DNA of 64,000 nucleotides from Nitrosopumilus sp. (GCA_965203315.1 OZ241857.1:1568001-1632000); one strand, 5' to 3'; shown: positions 31,605 to 43,444, counted from the first letter of the stretch. The notes: a model not told the origin generated them from the letters alone. Numbers and translations are program-made.

Positions 31605-32162
31605 TCACTCCATCATCTTTAGGGTGTCTGATGCGGTAATTATCCCAACTATCTTTGTCTTTTGTGATACTAGTATACACTTTGAGTATCGTATCAACGG
31701 AACTAGAACATTTGCTGGTGTGCTCCAATCGACTATCGGCGGAACTGGATCCATCATCTCTTCTAGGCGAGCCTCTTTCAACTCACTCTCTCCTAGATCA
31801 GAGAGATATCTCACTATGCTGTCTTCTGAGACTAGACCCACTACATCTTTGCCATCAAAGATCGGGATCTGGCTTATTGACGCCTTGTGCATCTTTTTAA
31901 TCGCGTCATGTAGAGTATTGGTTGGTTTTAGTCTCACTATGTCTCTGCAACAAAAGTCTCCTGCGGTGTGGGCTGCAGACTCGCCCTCTAGTTTTGCTAA
32001 ACTCTCAAAGATTCTTTTTGCAGTATCATAGCTAGGTTGTGATCTGCCTGACTCTATCTGATTTATCATAGAAGTGCTGACTCTGGACACAGTCGCCAGC
32101 TTTTTCTGCGTGATACCGATCTTTTGACGTATCTGTTTTATCGAGTCTATCCTTGGAAGCAT
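31605..32162 (-). CDS. XRE-HTH + CBS-pair transcriptional regulator
   Basis: ITQKKLA...INQIESG followed by two CBS repeats. Confidence 0.9.
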   Translation of the reverse strand: MLPRIDSIKQIRQKIGITQKKLATVSRVSTSMINQIESGRSQPSYDTAKRIFESLAKLEGESAAHTAGDFCCRDIVRLKPTNTLHDAIKKMHKASISQIPIFDGKDVVGLVSEDSIVRYLSDLGESELKEARLEEMMDPVPPIVDWSTPANVLVPLIRYSKCILVSQKTKIVGIITASDTLKMME

Positions 32163-32437
32163 ATGTTGTGGTTTACAACTGTTTTAATTTATACTTGGCT
32201 TATTGATCATACGTACTAGTATTGCGTTGTAGCCACAATCGGTCGTATGATTTTTGATCTCTGACAGAGTATTACATCTAGATACAACACACTCGTTGGC
32301 ATGATGTTGCGCCATAACAACAATCATTCACAGTGAATGGAACACTTGACTCTCGTGATTGTACCAAACATCATGAATGTTACGTGTATGACACACGTCT
32401 TACAATCTCAACATGAAAAATTTGTTCATTAGATTTG

Positions 32438-32464
32438 TACAAACTTTTGATGGAAAAGTTTGTA
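32438..32464. promoter_or_regulatory. Perfect 11-bp inverted repeat (candidate operator)
   Basis: TACAAACTTTT-N5-AAAAGTTTGTA between divergently transcribed regulator genes. Confidence 0.35.
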
Positions 32465-32784
32465 TGTCATCATTATGGTCACTATGAACTAACAAATCAA
32501 AGATCATACTCTTGGTTATTGTACCGATATTCTGTTTTTGCTTGTTTTACAAAACTTGGCATTTCTAGATTTTAATTCAAGCTATTTTATTAGCCATCTC
32601 ATCGTAGTAGCGACCAAACGAAAAGTCTCAGAGTTGTTCTCAAACCATTCAATAATAGTTGAGGCTTGTTATTTCATCCAAATTTTACACAAATCTGCAG
32701 ATTTGATAATCCTATATCGTCTGTCACTAGTTGTAGAGCAATTCATGTCTAGTTTAAATATCAAATTAAATAGCGTATATTACA

Positions 32785-33552
32785 TTGACTATATCTCCTA
32801 ATACCAAAAAAGCTCTAGAGAATATAGGACTAAACATCTCTGAGATCAAAGCGATCGCTACCTTGATAAAGTCAAAAGGGATAATAGCCACGGATCTGAG
32901 TCAAGAAGCTGATATCCCACACTCCCGAGTATATGAGACTTTAAGAACACTAGAGGAGAAAGAGTGGGTCGGTTCAGACGACTCACGACCGACCAAATAC
33001 TTTCTAAAGTCACCATCGACTGGAGTACAAACTATGAAGCAGAGGATAGAGGCAGAGTTTGTACAGAATCAGAATATAATATTAAACGAACTAGTACCGC
33101 TGTATGAGAAGAGCGGAACTAACGAACGTCCAGACATATGGGTACTGTCTGGTGTGAATAATATTGTGGCCAAGATCTCAGAGATGGTTGACATGTGCCA
33201 AAATGAGGTGATGATTGCAGTACCAGAACTCGGGGAGGGAATTGTAAAACTCGCGTTACCGAAACTACGAACTCTTCATGAAAAGGGAGTTAGCATTACT
33301 GTACTGACATCGGATCAGATGAACAAAGACTCGATAAAGTCGATCAAACGAGTCGCAGATGTTAAAGTCAAGCGCGGACTCTTTGGAGGAGGAATAATTG
33401 CAGACAAACGCTATGTGGTGATCTTGTTGGGTCCAGAGATGGGAAGTCCGGATTCTACAGAGATTGTGGCGATCTGGGCAGATCATGCAGGATTGGCTGT
33501 ATTTGCACGACAATACTTTGAATACTTATTAAAAGATTCAAAGAAGGTATAA
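32785..33552 (+). CDS. TrmB-family transcriptional regulator
   Basis: IPHSRVYETL..LEEK...RPTKY wHTH plus a PLD-like effector domain. Confidence 0.92.
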   Translation: MTISPNTKKALENIGLNISEIKAIATLIKSKGIIATDLSQEADIPHSRVYETLRTLEEKEWVGSDDSRPTKYFLKSPSTGVQTMKQRIEAEFVQNQNIILNELVPLYEKSGTNERPDIWVLSGVNNIVAKISEMVDMCQNEVMIAVPELGEGIVKLALPKLRTLHEKGVSITVLTSDQMNKDSIKSIKRVADVKVKRGLFGGGIIADKRYVVILLGPEMGSPDSTEIVAIWADHAGLAVFARQYFEYLLKDSKKV

Positions 33553-33553
33553 T

Positions 33554-34030
33554 GTGAAAAACAAATCAATCGACGAATATGATGAACCATTTTTTGTAGG
33601 TACTGCAGAGGCAGAACATGTAGAGATGTACCTAAAAGCGATATGGCACATCAAGGAGCGAGGGGAATCTGTAAAGATTACGAGTATTGCAAAGATGCTT
33701 CATATACGACAGCCCAGTGTTGTCCAGATGTTAAAAAAGTTACATAACAAGGGTCTTGTAACATACAACAAGGCAGGCGTGAGGCTTACTAAAGACGGTG
33801 CACAGATTGGCTCTGATATGATGCGAAATAGTCGACTGTTAGAGGTACTCATGGAGAGTGCATTAAAAGTTGAGATTGACGAAGAGATGGTCTGTGGTAT
33901 TGAACATCACATGAACAAACAGTTTACAAATGCGTTATGTACAATGTTAAACCATCCTAGAAAATGTCCTCATAATTACAATATTCCGATGGGCGAATGT
34001 TGCCAGCCTCAAGATGACAATATCAACTAG
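33554..34030 (+). CDS. DtxR/MntR-family metal-dependent repressor
   Basis: EMYLKAI, PSVVQML, RLLE, CGIEH and CPH motifs. Confidence 0.92.
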   Translation: MKNKSIDEYDEPFFVGTAEAEHVEMYLKAIWHIKERGESVKITSIAKMLHIRQPSVVQMLKKLHNKGLVTYNKAGVRLTKDGAQIGSDMMRNSRLLEVLMESALKVEIDEEMVCGIEHHMNKQFTNALCTMLNHPRKCPHNYNIPMGECCQPQDDNIN

Positions 34031-34860
34031 TTATCACATCGACAAGAATATTTTTTGTGTAAAACAATAGATTTCATACACACAAAACTAATCACATATC
34101 GAGTTGACACAATACTCGGGCAATAAGATCAAGTATCGCAATATCACATTTAATCGTATTGACAATCAAATATAGTACAAATCATTATACTATTATGAGC
34201 AAAATTATCTCTGGTTACTCTTGTGTTGTGATTGAAAATGTAGTTTGTCTAGAGTAATTAGCTGTCACAAAATTGTATTTTTAACAAATTGCAATATTTT
34301 ACGAGTTCTATTGTTCTATGGACATTACATTTATTCTCATATGATGTTCATAATTAAACGCTAACAAAAATGAGGTTTCTGGAGGTAAAGATCAACTCTA
34401 TTCTACTGATTGCTGTAAACTATAGATTCATAATATGCATAGTATTTATTGGACAACGACTGCTTTTAAATATTACAATCTGCAAAAAATTACACGTTTA
34501 TGTCTCTGATTGTGTTGGAAGGTTATTCTAGTCTGAAAACTAGATTTGGCCATACGGGTGGTTTTGGAGATGTGATTTGATTCTATGCTGATATATTTCG
34601 AATACAACTTTTTAATCTAACCGGCAAGTTACTCATGTACTGAGCAATTGTTGTCTTTGTGACCCCTCTACTCTTCTCACATAATGTGCTGTACTGCATC
34701 TATCTAGTTTATCGATATCTGTCCTTATCTCACAATCGTGTCTAGTTCCACATACTTGGAGTTATACACGTACATCTTTGATTAAATGAAATACTTTCAG
34801 GATCGTATGTCGTTTGCTGTAAAACAGTTTATTATACCCTCTTTATTTTATAATCGTAAA

Positions 34861-37494
34861 ATGAGATCTATCTACTTTTATGATAAAGGAGACAGCAAGA
34901 ATCGAAAACTGCTTGGTGGCAAGGGAGCAGGACTTTGTGAGATGACTCAGCTCAAACTGCCGGTTCCGCCAGGGTTTACTATAACGACTGAAGTTTGTAA
35001 GACATACTATGCCAACAACAAGCGACTCCCAGAGACTCTGATGACTGAAGTTAGAAGAAATATTTCAAAGATCGGGACTAGTACTGGCAAACGATGGAAT
35101 TCTACTGAAAATCCTCTTCTAGTCTCTGTGCGCTCTGGAGCTGCAATATCGATGCCAGGAATGATGGACACAATTCTAAATTTGGGACTAAACGATGATG
35201 TAGTCCAAGGTCTTGCAGATATAACGAATAACCCTAGATTTGCATGGGACTCTTATCGTAGATTTGTACAGCTATTTGGTAAAGTTGTATTTGGCATAAA
35301 CGATATAGAATTTGATCAAATACTTGATGCGATGAAGGAACGCCAAGGCGTGTCCGAAGACAGAGATCTTGATGTGGATTCGTTAAAACAGATAGTTCAA
35401 GATTACAAGAATATATGTAAGAGACATACCGGAAGAGAGTTCCCATCAGAACCAGACACACAACTAGAACTTGCAATAAAGGCTGTCTTTGAGAGTTGGA
35501 TGGGTGAACGTGCAGTGGTATATAGAGAAAAGAACAACATCACAAAGGCGATTGCAGATGGTACAGCGGTAAACGTAGTTGCTATGGTATTTGGAAATAT
35601 GGGTGATGACAGTGCTACTGGTGTTGTATTCACGCGCAGTCCAGAGAATGGTGAAAAACAGATCTATGGCGAATATCTGACAAACGCACAAGGTGAAGAT
35701 GTTGTAGCTGGAGTTAGAACTGGAAGATCAATCAGTCAGATGAAGACTAGTCTACCTGAATCGTACAAACAACTTGTAGAGACATGTAATAGACTTGAGA
35801 GACATTTTCGTGAACCACAAGACATCGAGTTTACCATCGAACAAGGCAGATTTTATCTACTACAGACTAGAAACGCAAAGATGAATGCAGTTGGAATGGT
35901 AAAGACATCCGTTGATATGGTCCAAGAGAGATTAATAGACAAGAATCGCGCACTGCAAAGACTAGATGCTGAACAACTCGAACAACTATTACATACTACG
36001 ATCGATCCTAAATCACTCAAAAAACACACTCAGTTTGCAAAAGGTATAGCTGCGTCACCAGGCGCTGCAAGTGGCGTTGTAGTATTTGATGTGAGACGTG
36101 CGGTGGAGATGGGAGAGAGTGGCACCAAAGTCATACTGATCCGTGAGGAGACAAAACCTGAAGACGTTCCTGCATTCTTTGAATCTGTAGGAATTTTGAC
36201 TAGTCGTGGTGGTAAGACATCACACGCAGCTGTAGTGGCACGAGGTATGGGCAAGCCATGCATAGTAGGATGTACAGATCTCAAGATCGATTACAATAAG
36301 CGACAATGCATCTCGTCTGGTACAACACTGCGAGAAGGAGACGAGATAACTATTGACGGAAGCACCGGTACAGTATACAAAGGAACCATTCCGATGATAG
36401 AACCCAAGATAACATCAGACTTTGAGAAGATTTTAGAGTGGTCTCAAAAGACGAAAAAGATCGGCATACGAGCAAATGCAGATACACCCTCAGCAGCAAA
36501 ACTTGCACGTCGATTTGGTGGTCAAGGAATAGGGCTATGTAGAACAGAGCGTATGTTTAACGCAAGTGATAGAATCGGTCTATTTGTAGAGATGATAATG
36601 GCCAAAGATATCAAAGAGCGAGGCGCAATACTCAAAAAACTCGGTAAACTACAGAGACGTGATTTTGCTCAGATACTCAAAGCAATGGAAGGATACAACG
36701 TTACGATCAGATTGTTGGATCCACCACTACATGAGTTTCTTCCTAATCCAGAAGATCTTGTAGCAAAGATACGCAAGATGAAGAGAACAGATGCTGAAAA
36801 ATATGATGTAATACTTGAACGTGCAAAAGAGTTGGCAGAGGTCAATCCAATGATGGGCCATCGTGGTGTACGTGTAGGAGTTACATATCCTGAGATATAT
36901 GAAATGCAGATACGCGCAGTCTTTGAAGCGCTAGTAGATCTTGTAAAGAAAGGCGTAGACGCAAAACCCCAGATAATGATTCCACAAGTGAGTAGTATAT
37001 CTGAACTAGATCATATTAAATCGATATACGACACTGTAAAGTCCGATATTGAAAAAAAACACAAGATGCAACTTCAAGTTAATTTTGGAACCATGATCGA
37101 GGTTGTCCGAGCTGCACTTACTGCAAACGAGCTTGCAACCACTGCCGAGTTTTTCAGTTTTGGAACAAATGATCTCACACAAGGAACATTCAGTTTTAGC
37201 CGTGAAGATGTAGAAGGAAAGTTTCTTCCAGAATATCTAGAGAAAGAGTTACTCGAGTATAATCCATTTCAGTCCATAGATATCAATGGTGTTGGAAGCC
37301 TGATGGAGATCGGAATTGCTGCTGGGCGTCGTGTCTCTAAAAATATTGAGATTGGAATTTGTGGAGAACATGGAGGAGATCCACGTTCTATAAAATTCTG
37401 CCATAATGCTGGTTTGAACTATGTTAGTGCATCCCCGCACAGGATTCCAATAGCTATTGTAGCTGCTGCTCAAGCCGCAATTGATTCAAACTGA
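34861..37494 (+). CDS. ppdK: Pyruvate, phosphate dikinase
   Basis: GGKG, SMPGMMDT, GGKTSHAAV and SFGTNDL motifs. Confidence 0.97.
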   Translation: MRSIYFYDKGDSKNRKLLGGKGAGLCEMTQLKLPVPPGFTITTEVCKTYYANNKRLPETLMTEVRRNISKIGTSTGKRWNSTENPLLVSVRSGAAISMPGMMDTILNLGLNDDVVQGLADITNNPRFAWDSYRRFVQLFGKVVFGINDIEFDQILDAMKERQGVSEDRDLDVDSLKQIVQDYKNICKRHTGREFPSEPDTQLELAIKAVFESWMGERAVVYREKNNITKAIADGTAVNVVAMVFGNMGDDSATGVVFTRSPENGEKQIYGEYLTNAQGEDVVAGVRTGRSISQMKTSLPESYKQLVETCNRLERHFREPQDIEFTIEQGRFYLLQTRNAKMNAVGMVKTSVDMVQERLIDKNRALQRLDAEQLEQLLHTTIDPKSLKKHTQFAKGIAASPGAASGVVVFDVRRAVEMGESGTKVILIREETKPEDVPAFFESVGILTSRGGKTSHAAVVARGMGKPCIVGCTDLKIDYNKRQCISSGTTLREGDEITIDGSTGTVYKGTIPMIEPKITSDFEKILEWSQKTKKIGIRANADTPSAAKLARRFGGQGIGLCRTERMFNASDRIGLFVEMIMAKDIKERGAILKKLGKLQRRDFAQILKAMEGYNVTIRLLDPPLHEFLPNPEDLVAKIRKMKRTDAEKYDVILERAKELAEVNPMMGHRGVRVGVTYPEIYEMQIRAVFEALVDLVKKGVDAKPQIMIPQVSSISELDHIKSIYDTVKSDIEKKHKMQLQVNFGTMIEVVRAALTANELATTAEFFSFGTNDLTQGTFSFSREDVEGKFLPEYLEKELLEYNPFQSIDINGVGSLMEIGIAAGRRVSKNIEIGICGEHGGDPRSIKFCHNAGLNYVSASPHRIPIAIVAAAQAAIDSN

Positions 37495-37561
37495 TAGATT
37501 CTAAGGTTGACGTTTTATGATGTTTCTGTAAATATTCCAAATTGTATTGTACCCACATTGT

Positions 37562-37578
37562 GTGGACATTGTGTCCAC
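37562..37578. other. Short perfect hairpin downstream of ppdK
   Basis: GTGGACA-TTG-TGTCCAC. Confidence 0.3.
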
Positions 37579-37699
37579 CACCAAAAGTTATCCTCTATCA
37601 ATTTTACATTGTTCCTCTGATCTCGCTAGTTGCAACCTTGGTCGCAAAAACTGATCTTGGCACTTCATAATGAGATATGGGTTTTGTTATCTTTGTGAA

Positions 37700-37815
37700 G
37701 AATCTGTTCGATTTGCGCGGGATGACATTTCGTAAGGCTATTTTTATTTTTTCCTTATAGAATCTTGTAGTGTTTTTTCTGTAACCATTCTGTTCCACGT
37801 AAATCGAAAAGATCT
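37700..37815. mobile_element. IS6-derived MITE (family A)
   Basis: GAATCTGTTCGATTTGCG...CACGTAAATCGAAAAGATCT; eroded 8-bp TSD ttTGTGAA/cgTGTGAA. Confidence 0.88.
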
Positions 37816-38457
37816 CGTGTGAATAGTTCATAATGATTCCCTCTAATTCACACTGATGACAGAACAGTAGCTATATCCTTTTATATCATAGTCTTGTATC
37901 CAAGTATATTGGCAATGAAGACCCGTTCTGTTAAAAGTGACAAAACCATAAATGAACTTGCTAAAAAAGCTATACACAGTCACATATCTCCTACGCAAAT
38001 CGATATTTACTTTGATCAAAATCAGATTGAAACCAAGTCAGAGCAAATTACGTTTTTAAAATACTGTGCTGAAAACTATCAACCATACTTTCAGATATAC
38101 ATGCGTAAAGAATTGAAAAAATATGTCAAAAAAACAAAACAGTCAGCAGAATTTATCATGTGGTTAGCTAAAACAGATATAAATTTAATAAATTATGATA
38201 TCTTGATTGAACTATATGATGAGGATTTAGACTTGTTCAGGTTTTTTCATGATGAATTTTCAAAAGATAAAAACATAAGCACTGCTCAAATCTTAGGAAT
38301 TTTACTTGGCGGTATGGGCAAATCTAAACCATCTCAATTATTTGAAATCTTACTTGCTAAGGAGCACAAATATAATTTAGAGATTGTAGCAATAAATTCT
38401 ATATGGGTGACCAGCAAATATCAAAAAATTCCAAAAAAAATCATTTCATTAATTATA

Positions 38458-39990
38458 AGACATTATGCGTTAGTCGTTTTGACCGAAACACTTAGATCGT
38501 AGGTCTAAAAATAGCAATCATTGAGTCAAAAAACTAGTACGTCAGACGGACAAATACTGTGTCTCCAGCAAAGAGTAAAAGAGTTAGAGCAGACTGTTAG
38601 TGAACTAGAGCAACAACGAGATACTGTTGCAGAACAACTCGACCAAGAGGCGAACAATAAACCTAATTTTTACAGACAGAAAACAGAAAAGGTTGACGAT
38701 TTTTGCAATAGAATCCTCTCCAAACCAGCTACTTTGTATAAATTCACAAAAATGACGCCCAATCTATTCGCGCTGTATGAAAAAGAATACAAACAATACA
38801 TCAAAGATGAACCAATTAGAGAGAGACGCAATGATCAACTCAACAAGAGACGTAAAGAGGAACTAGATGGCGAACCAAAGATACCACAATACTCTGGCGT
38901 CAATGTCAAACGAGGAAAGGTGTCAGTATTAAACACAACAGCTGCCATGTTGATGGAGTTTATGTCTGCTCGAGCTGGAATGACTCAAGATGTGATTGGG
39001 TCCATATTTGATATGAGTCAAAGCAATGTCTCTAGACATACTAGACATGTACGTAGATTCCTGAATCAATCTTGGACAAGACCAATAGATATAGCAGACC
39101 AGATCTCTAAATGTAAAACATTGCAAGATCTACGAGAATGGATTCCTCGCTTAAAGACTGCAATTGATGGGACTCATTTCATAATCGATATACCATCAGA
39201 TTCTCAGTTAGAAAAGTGGTCAAGGTCTGGTAAACTAAAGAAACACACTTGTGTAATTCTAGTAATGGTGAACAAAGAAAAACTGATCCTAACTATGAGC
39301 CCATTGTACTATGGTAGTACGCACGAGATAACCATACTCAAAGAGTGGAAATTGGGATTTGGTAAATGGGAAGACAAGATGAGAGATCCATCAACTCCAC
39401 GTAAAGAGAGAATAAAGATGCGTCAGGATTCTGCATACCAAGGTGGCGAGAGTGTATTTCCGGGAACAAACTTTATCGTACCATTCAAAAAACCTCGTGG
39501 CGGCGAGCTCACCAAAGAGCAGAAAGAGTTTAACCGAGATCACAGCTCAGAACGCGTGGTGGTTGAAAATTCTATAGGAATGATCAAGCAGTATCGTCAC
39601 ATGCAACAACAAATTGAATGTGTTGAACCTGATTTAGAAAAAAGAATCGAAGAGGTAGCAGCACTTGTAAATGCAGGCATATTATGGGACAAAAGACGCG
39701 ATCGACCGACCAAGAGATTTGATAAGCTATTGCGTGCATATCATCGGCGTGCCAACAAATTGAGAAAGAGATACGGCTAAAACATCACAAATGCAATACC
39801 GGATACCATTATCTATTTATGATTTACTGCATTCCTGTACATTCGTGTACATTAACGCAACATTTTGATTGTATTTGCAAAGTTGAATGAGATATTCTAA
39901 TTTTAGACACTTGTGTAATGACGTTGACGCAATAACTTACGAATTTCAACCAGCTTTGGTATCGTTGAAAACGACTAACGCATAATGTCT
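38458..39990 (+). mobile_element. ISL2/PIF-Harbinger-type (IS5 superfamily) element
   Basis: 23-bp perfect TIR AGACATTATGCGTTAGTCGTTTT; 3-bp TSD ATA at 38455-38457 and 39991-39993. Confidence 0.95.
38521..39780 (+). CDS. DDE_Tnp_4-type transposase
   Basis: IDGT, DSAYQG, PFKKPRGGELTKEQKEFN and RVVVENSIG motifs; homologous to 14759-15979. Confidence 0.92.
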   Translation: MSQKTSTSDGQILCLQQRVKELEQTVSELEQQRDTVAEQLDQEANNKPNFYRQKTEKVDDFCNRILSKPATLYKFTKMTPNLFALYEKEYKQYIKDEPIRERRNDQLNKRRKEELDGEPKIPQYSGVNVKRGKVSVLNTTAAMLMEFMSARAGMTQDVIGSIFDMSQSNVSRHTRHVRRFLNQSWTRPIDIADQISKCKTLQDLREWIPRLKTAIDGTHFIIDIPSDSQLEKWSRSGKLKKHTCVILVMVNKEKLILTMSPLYYGSTHEITILKEWKLGFGKWEDKMRDPSTPRKERIKMRQDSAYQGGESVFPGTNFIVPFKKPRGGELTKEQKEFNRDHSSERVVVENSIGMIKQYRHMQQQIECVEPDLEKRIEEVAALVNAGILWDKRRDRPTKRFDKLLRAYHRRANKLRKRYG

Positions 39991-41697
39991 ATAGATTATG
40001 CTAATCTATCAGACGAAAAAATAAGTCATAGCTCAATCAATCTTTTGTTGATACTTGCAGATAATGATGACTTTGTACAAAAACAAATATTGCATCTTGC
40101 TAAGCAAGATGATCATCTTAAATATATGATCTCTGGAACAATGTCATTTTTAGTATCATATACAAAACAAAACAAATTTTTTGTTTTAAAATTATTTCAA
40201 GAGTGTCTTAAAATAAAGCCTCAAACTAAAAAAGAAGACATACTTGTTGATTTTAGACATCTGATAGATTATTATCCTATCGAATACTTAAAAGTCTTGA
40301 TAGATTGGATAAGATCTTCTAAATCCATTGATTCAAGTAGAAAATTTGATTATCAAATACAAGAGATTGGTCAAAAAGGAAACATTAAGGAAATTGAAGC
40401 GTTATTATTAGATTGGGTTAGTACAGAAAAATCCAATCCTGTGCTAGAGAATAAAATGTTGGGCTTTTTATCTAATATTTATGTAGGCAAGCCGATTGAA
40501 CTAATATGTCTGTTAAAACAAATCTATAAAAAAGAGAAACACCGCACTAAATTTATTGCTAATGCAATACGTGAATTTTTATCGGATGAAGAAGAATTAA
40601 ACAGCAAAACTTTTTCAGAATACCATGAATTTTTACTCAAAATAGCAGATAATTGTGGAGTTGATACAAATGTAAGTAAAGAATTAAATTTTAATCTAAA
40701 AATTATTGCACTTGCTTATAATATTCAATTTTTTAAACAAAAAATAGACAAGCAAGTTGTTTTAGAAAGTCTAAAGCAATACCCAAATATTGAACGATTT
40801 TTCACAGACAACAATATTAATAATATGTTTAAAGAACCAGGTCATCCTTTAACATGCATGTTGAACAAAACTATTTATACTAAAAAAGAGACAATTACTG
40901 CACAATCTAGATATGTTAAAACGACATTGACTGAATTAGATACTTGTTTGGGGATAATCGGAAATGAACAATCTTCTGTTTTAAAATGTACGTTGAGTCA
41001 AACCACAGGATTTAACTCTGGATTTATACAGGCTATTATGTATACTAAATTGTCTAATAATTACAAAGTACAACTAGATCCAGATATTGGTTCAAAACGG
41101 CCAGATCTTTTAGTAACTATTGACGATCAAGACTATTTGTTTGAAATATACTCTCCTCAAGAAAATAATGATGTTAAATACAAATCTGGAGTACAAGTAC
41201 TAGAGGGTAAATATGTACAAAGAAAAATAATCAAAAAATTTACAGATCAGCTAACTGATTTTAGCTCTAAAAATATTCCAATTATTGCAGTCATTGACGA
41301 AACAGATGAATTTATATCTGAATATGAAAAAGTACCTTTGACATATCCTACTTTAACTCAGTCTATCTGTGAACGAATAAATAAAAATGATTCCAATTAT
41401 TGGGAATCCATAAGTGCAATTATGTCCGTTAGTTGTCGTGTTGAAAGAGATCAGTTTAAACTATATGGAAAAATTTATCCTACTGTTAGATCTAAACACC
41501 CAATATCCTCAAATATAATTCAAAAATTAAATACTGACTTGAACTTGATATCTCCTGAAATTACGTCAACTGAACATGATGGAAAGGTTTTTCAATTATA
41601 TACTTAATATTCTAATACCGATCTGCTGTCTCTAGAACTGATTAACTAGTATTCATTACTAATTATAACAAAAATGAATCTATGCTGATGTATTCTA

Positions 41698-43230
41698 TAG
41701 TCACGAACATAATTATTTTCCGGTTCGTTTTTGCCAAATGATGTGATTTCTTTCAACATCCTCGTTGAAATCACATTGATCATAAAACATACGAGGCAAT
41801 AACAACAAAAAATCACTGATTATTAGTTCATGGTTGGAAATAAACAAAGATGATTAGTGACCAAAATTTAAAATGTCCAATGGCGCACAAAAAATTTAAA
41901 TTTTTGTTAATGTTGGTATTGAACAATAATAATTAACTAATTGATCATGTTTAGTTGACTATACATGTTTATTTGTTACTATCTTTTATGATATGTAATG
42001 AATCAAGTATGTGAGGATATGGTTAACTACATCAAAAACATGCCAAACCATAACGTACAAAAAAGAATTATTGTTGTACTAATGGTACTAAATTTTAGTT
42101 ACACACAAGTAAAAGCTGCAGAGATGGCAGGAATTACACCTCGCACCGTATTTAATTGGATTACACGGTATCAGAAAGAAGGAATTGAGGGACTCAAAGA
42201 CAAGTCAGGTCGAGGAAGGAAACCAAAAGTATCTAACCGAATGTTTGAGTACATACTGGGACTCGACAGCACCACAACAGTACAAAGAATTTTAGAGTTG
42301 GTTTTCAATATAACAAAAGTACGATATCATCCCAGCACAATACGACGCAGAATGAGAGAGCTAAGACGCTCTGCAAAGAGCTATGTCCAAGTACATTTCA
42401 CTAATCGAGCCAGTGATGAAATGATAAAAAAATTCCAAAGAGCCAACATATCTTGGATTTCACGTCTAAACAACATGGGATTTCTAGTGATGGCAGTAGA
42501 TGAGATGCACATCAACACCCACACAAAACGTCGTGTAAAAAGTTGGTCAAGGATAGGTGAAAAGATACGCATGCTAGCAGTAGCAGGAAAAGCTGAGAGA
42601 ATAACAATATTTGGAGGAATCAGCACTAACGGAAAAATATGTCATACAATACGTCATTCAGCAAATTCTAAAGACTTTATAGCATTTATGAAGATCATAC
42701 GAAAGATGCGTCCCATGATAGAACCAATAATACTCATCCTTGACGGTGCATCATGTCACACTAGTCAAATAAGTAGACGATTTGCAAAAGAAAATAACAT
42801 AAAGTTAGTGCAATTACCAGCTGCTGTTCCTGAACTCAATGCATCAGAAGCACTCTGGAAACAGTTTAGACAATATACTCCAGTCAACAAAGTCTTTAAA
42901 ACACTACGATCTCTAGAGAAACATGCAGATGAAACTATGAAAATCATGAAATGCAACGCAAATGTCATGGGTTGTCTTAAGAGAAAGATAATTACGCCAA
43001 AAATATAGCTTGAAATTACAAAAATCATTGTGTCGTGCAAGAATAAATCATGCAGACGACCATAAAATTTTGATTGTTTTGTGTATTGGCGTGAATATCT
43101 TTACAACAAATCAAAATTTATCTGACTTTTTTCGTATTTTATGATAATCGTTGTGATTTGAGCTACACGATTAACAAAAGGCAACACGATTGCTTAACAA
43201 CGAACCGGAAAATAATTATGTTCGTGACTA
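41698..43230 (+). mobile_element. IS630-family element
   Basis: Perfect TIR TAGTCACGAACATAATTATTTTCCGGTTCGTT; TA TSD on both sides. Confidence 0.95.
41998..43008 (+). CDS. IS630-family transposase
   Basis: HTH...GRKPK, VDE, LDGA..H and PELNASE..W motifs. Confidence 0.93.
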   Translation: MNQVCEDMVNYIKNMPNHNVQKRIIVVLMVLNFSYTQVKAAEMAGITPRTVFNWITRYQKEGIEGLKDKSGRGRKPKVSNRMFEYILGLDSTTTVQRILELVFNITKVRYHPSTIRRRMRELRRSAKSYVQVHFTNRASDEMIKKFQRANISWISRLNNMGFLVMAVDEMHINTHTKRRVKSWSRIGEKIRMLAVAGKAERITIFGGISTNGKICHTIRHSANSKDFIAFMKIIRKMRPMIEPIILILDGASCHTSQISRRFAKENNIKLVQLPAAVPELNASEALWKQFRQYTPVNKVFKTLRSLEKHADETMKIMKCNANVMGCLKRKIITPKI

Positions 43231-43232
43231 TA

Positions 43233-43363
43233 TAGTCACGAGCGGAATTGTTTTCTTGTTTACTCCCGCATATGTGGAGCCAGAGACGGAATTTACCTCT
43301 GGCAGAACACATAACATCAAATTATGATACTGAACACTAGGAAAATTATTGTGTTCACGACTA
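43233..43363. mobile_element. IS630-derived MITE (family B), sharing a TA with the adjacent IS630
   Basis: TA|TAGTCACGAGC...GTTCACGACTA|TA; close match to 21900-22030. Confidence 0.92.
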
Positions 43364-43444
43364 TAGACTTACAGAACTTGGTACACTTTATCGTATATGT
43401 TATATTGGCAAATTAATTTATATTAGAAATAATACAAAATTATA

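Larger units (their letters stand above)
37915..41607 (+). pseudogene. ~718-aa helical-repeat protein with C-terminal PD-(D/E)xK-like nuclease domain, interrupted by an IS
   Basis: Removing 38458-39990 and one ATA joins ...KIISLII|DYANLSDEK... in frame. C-terminal motif KRPDLLVTIDDQDYLFEIYSP. Confidence 0.8.

Noticed and set aside
38461-39990. TA-duplicating insertion into a TAATG stop/start overlap of two genes
   Set aside because: The inverted repeat extends to AGACATTATGCG with an ATA duplication, which restores a single in-frame gene
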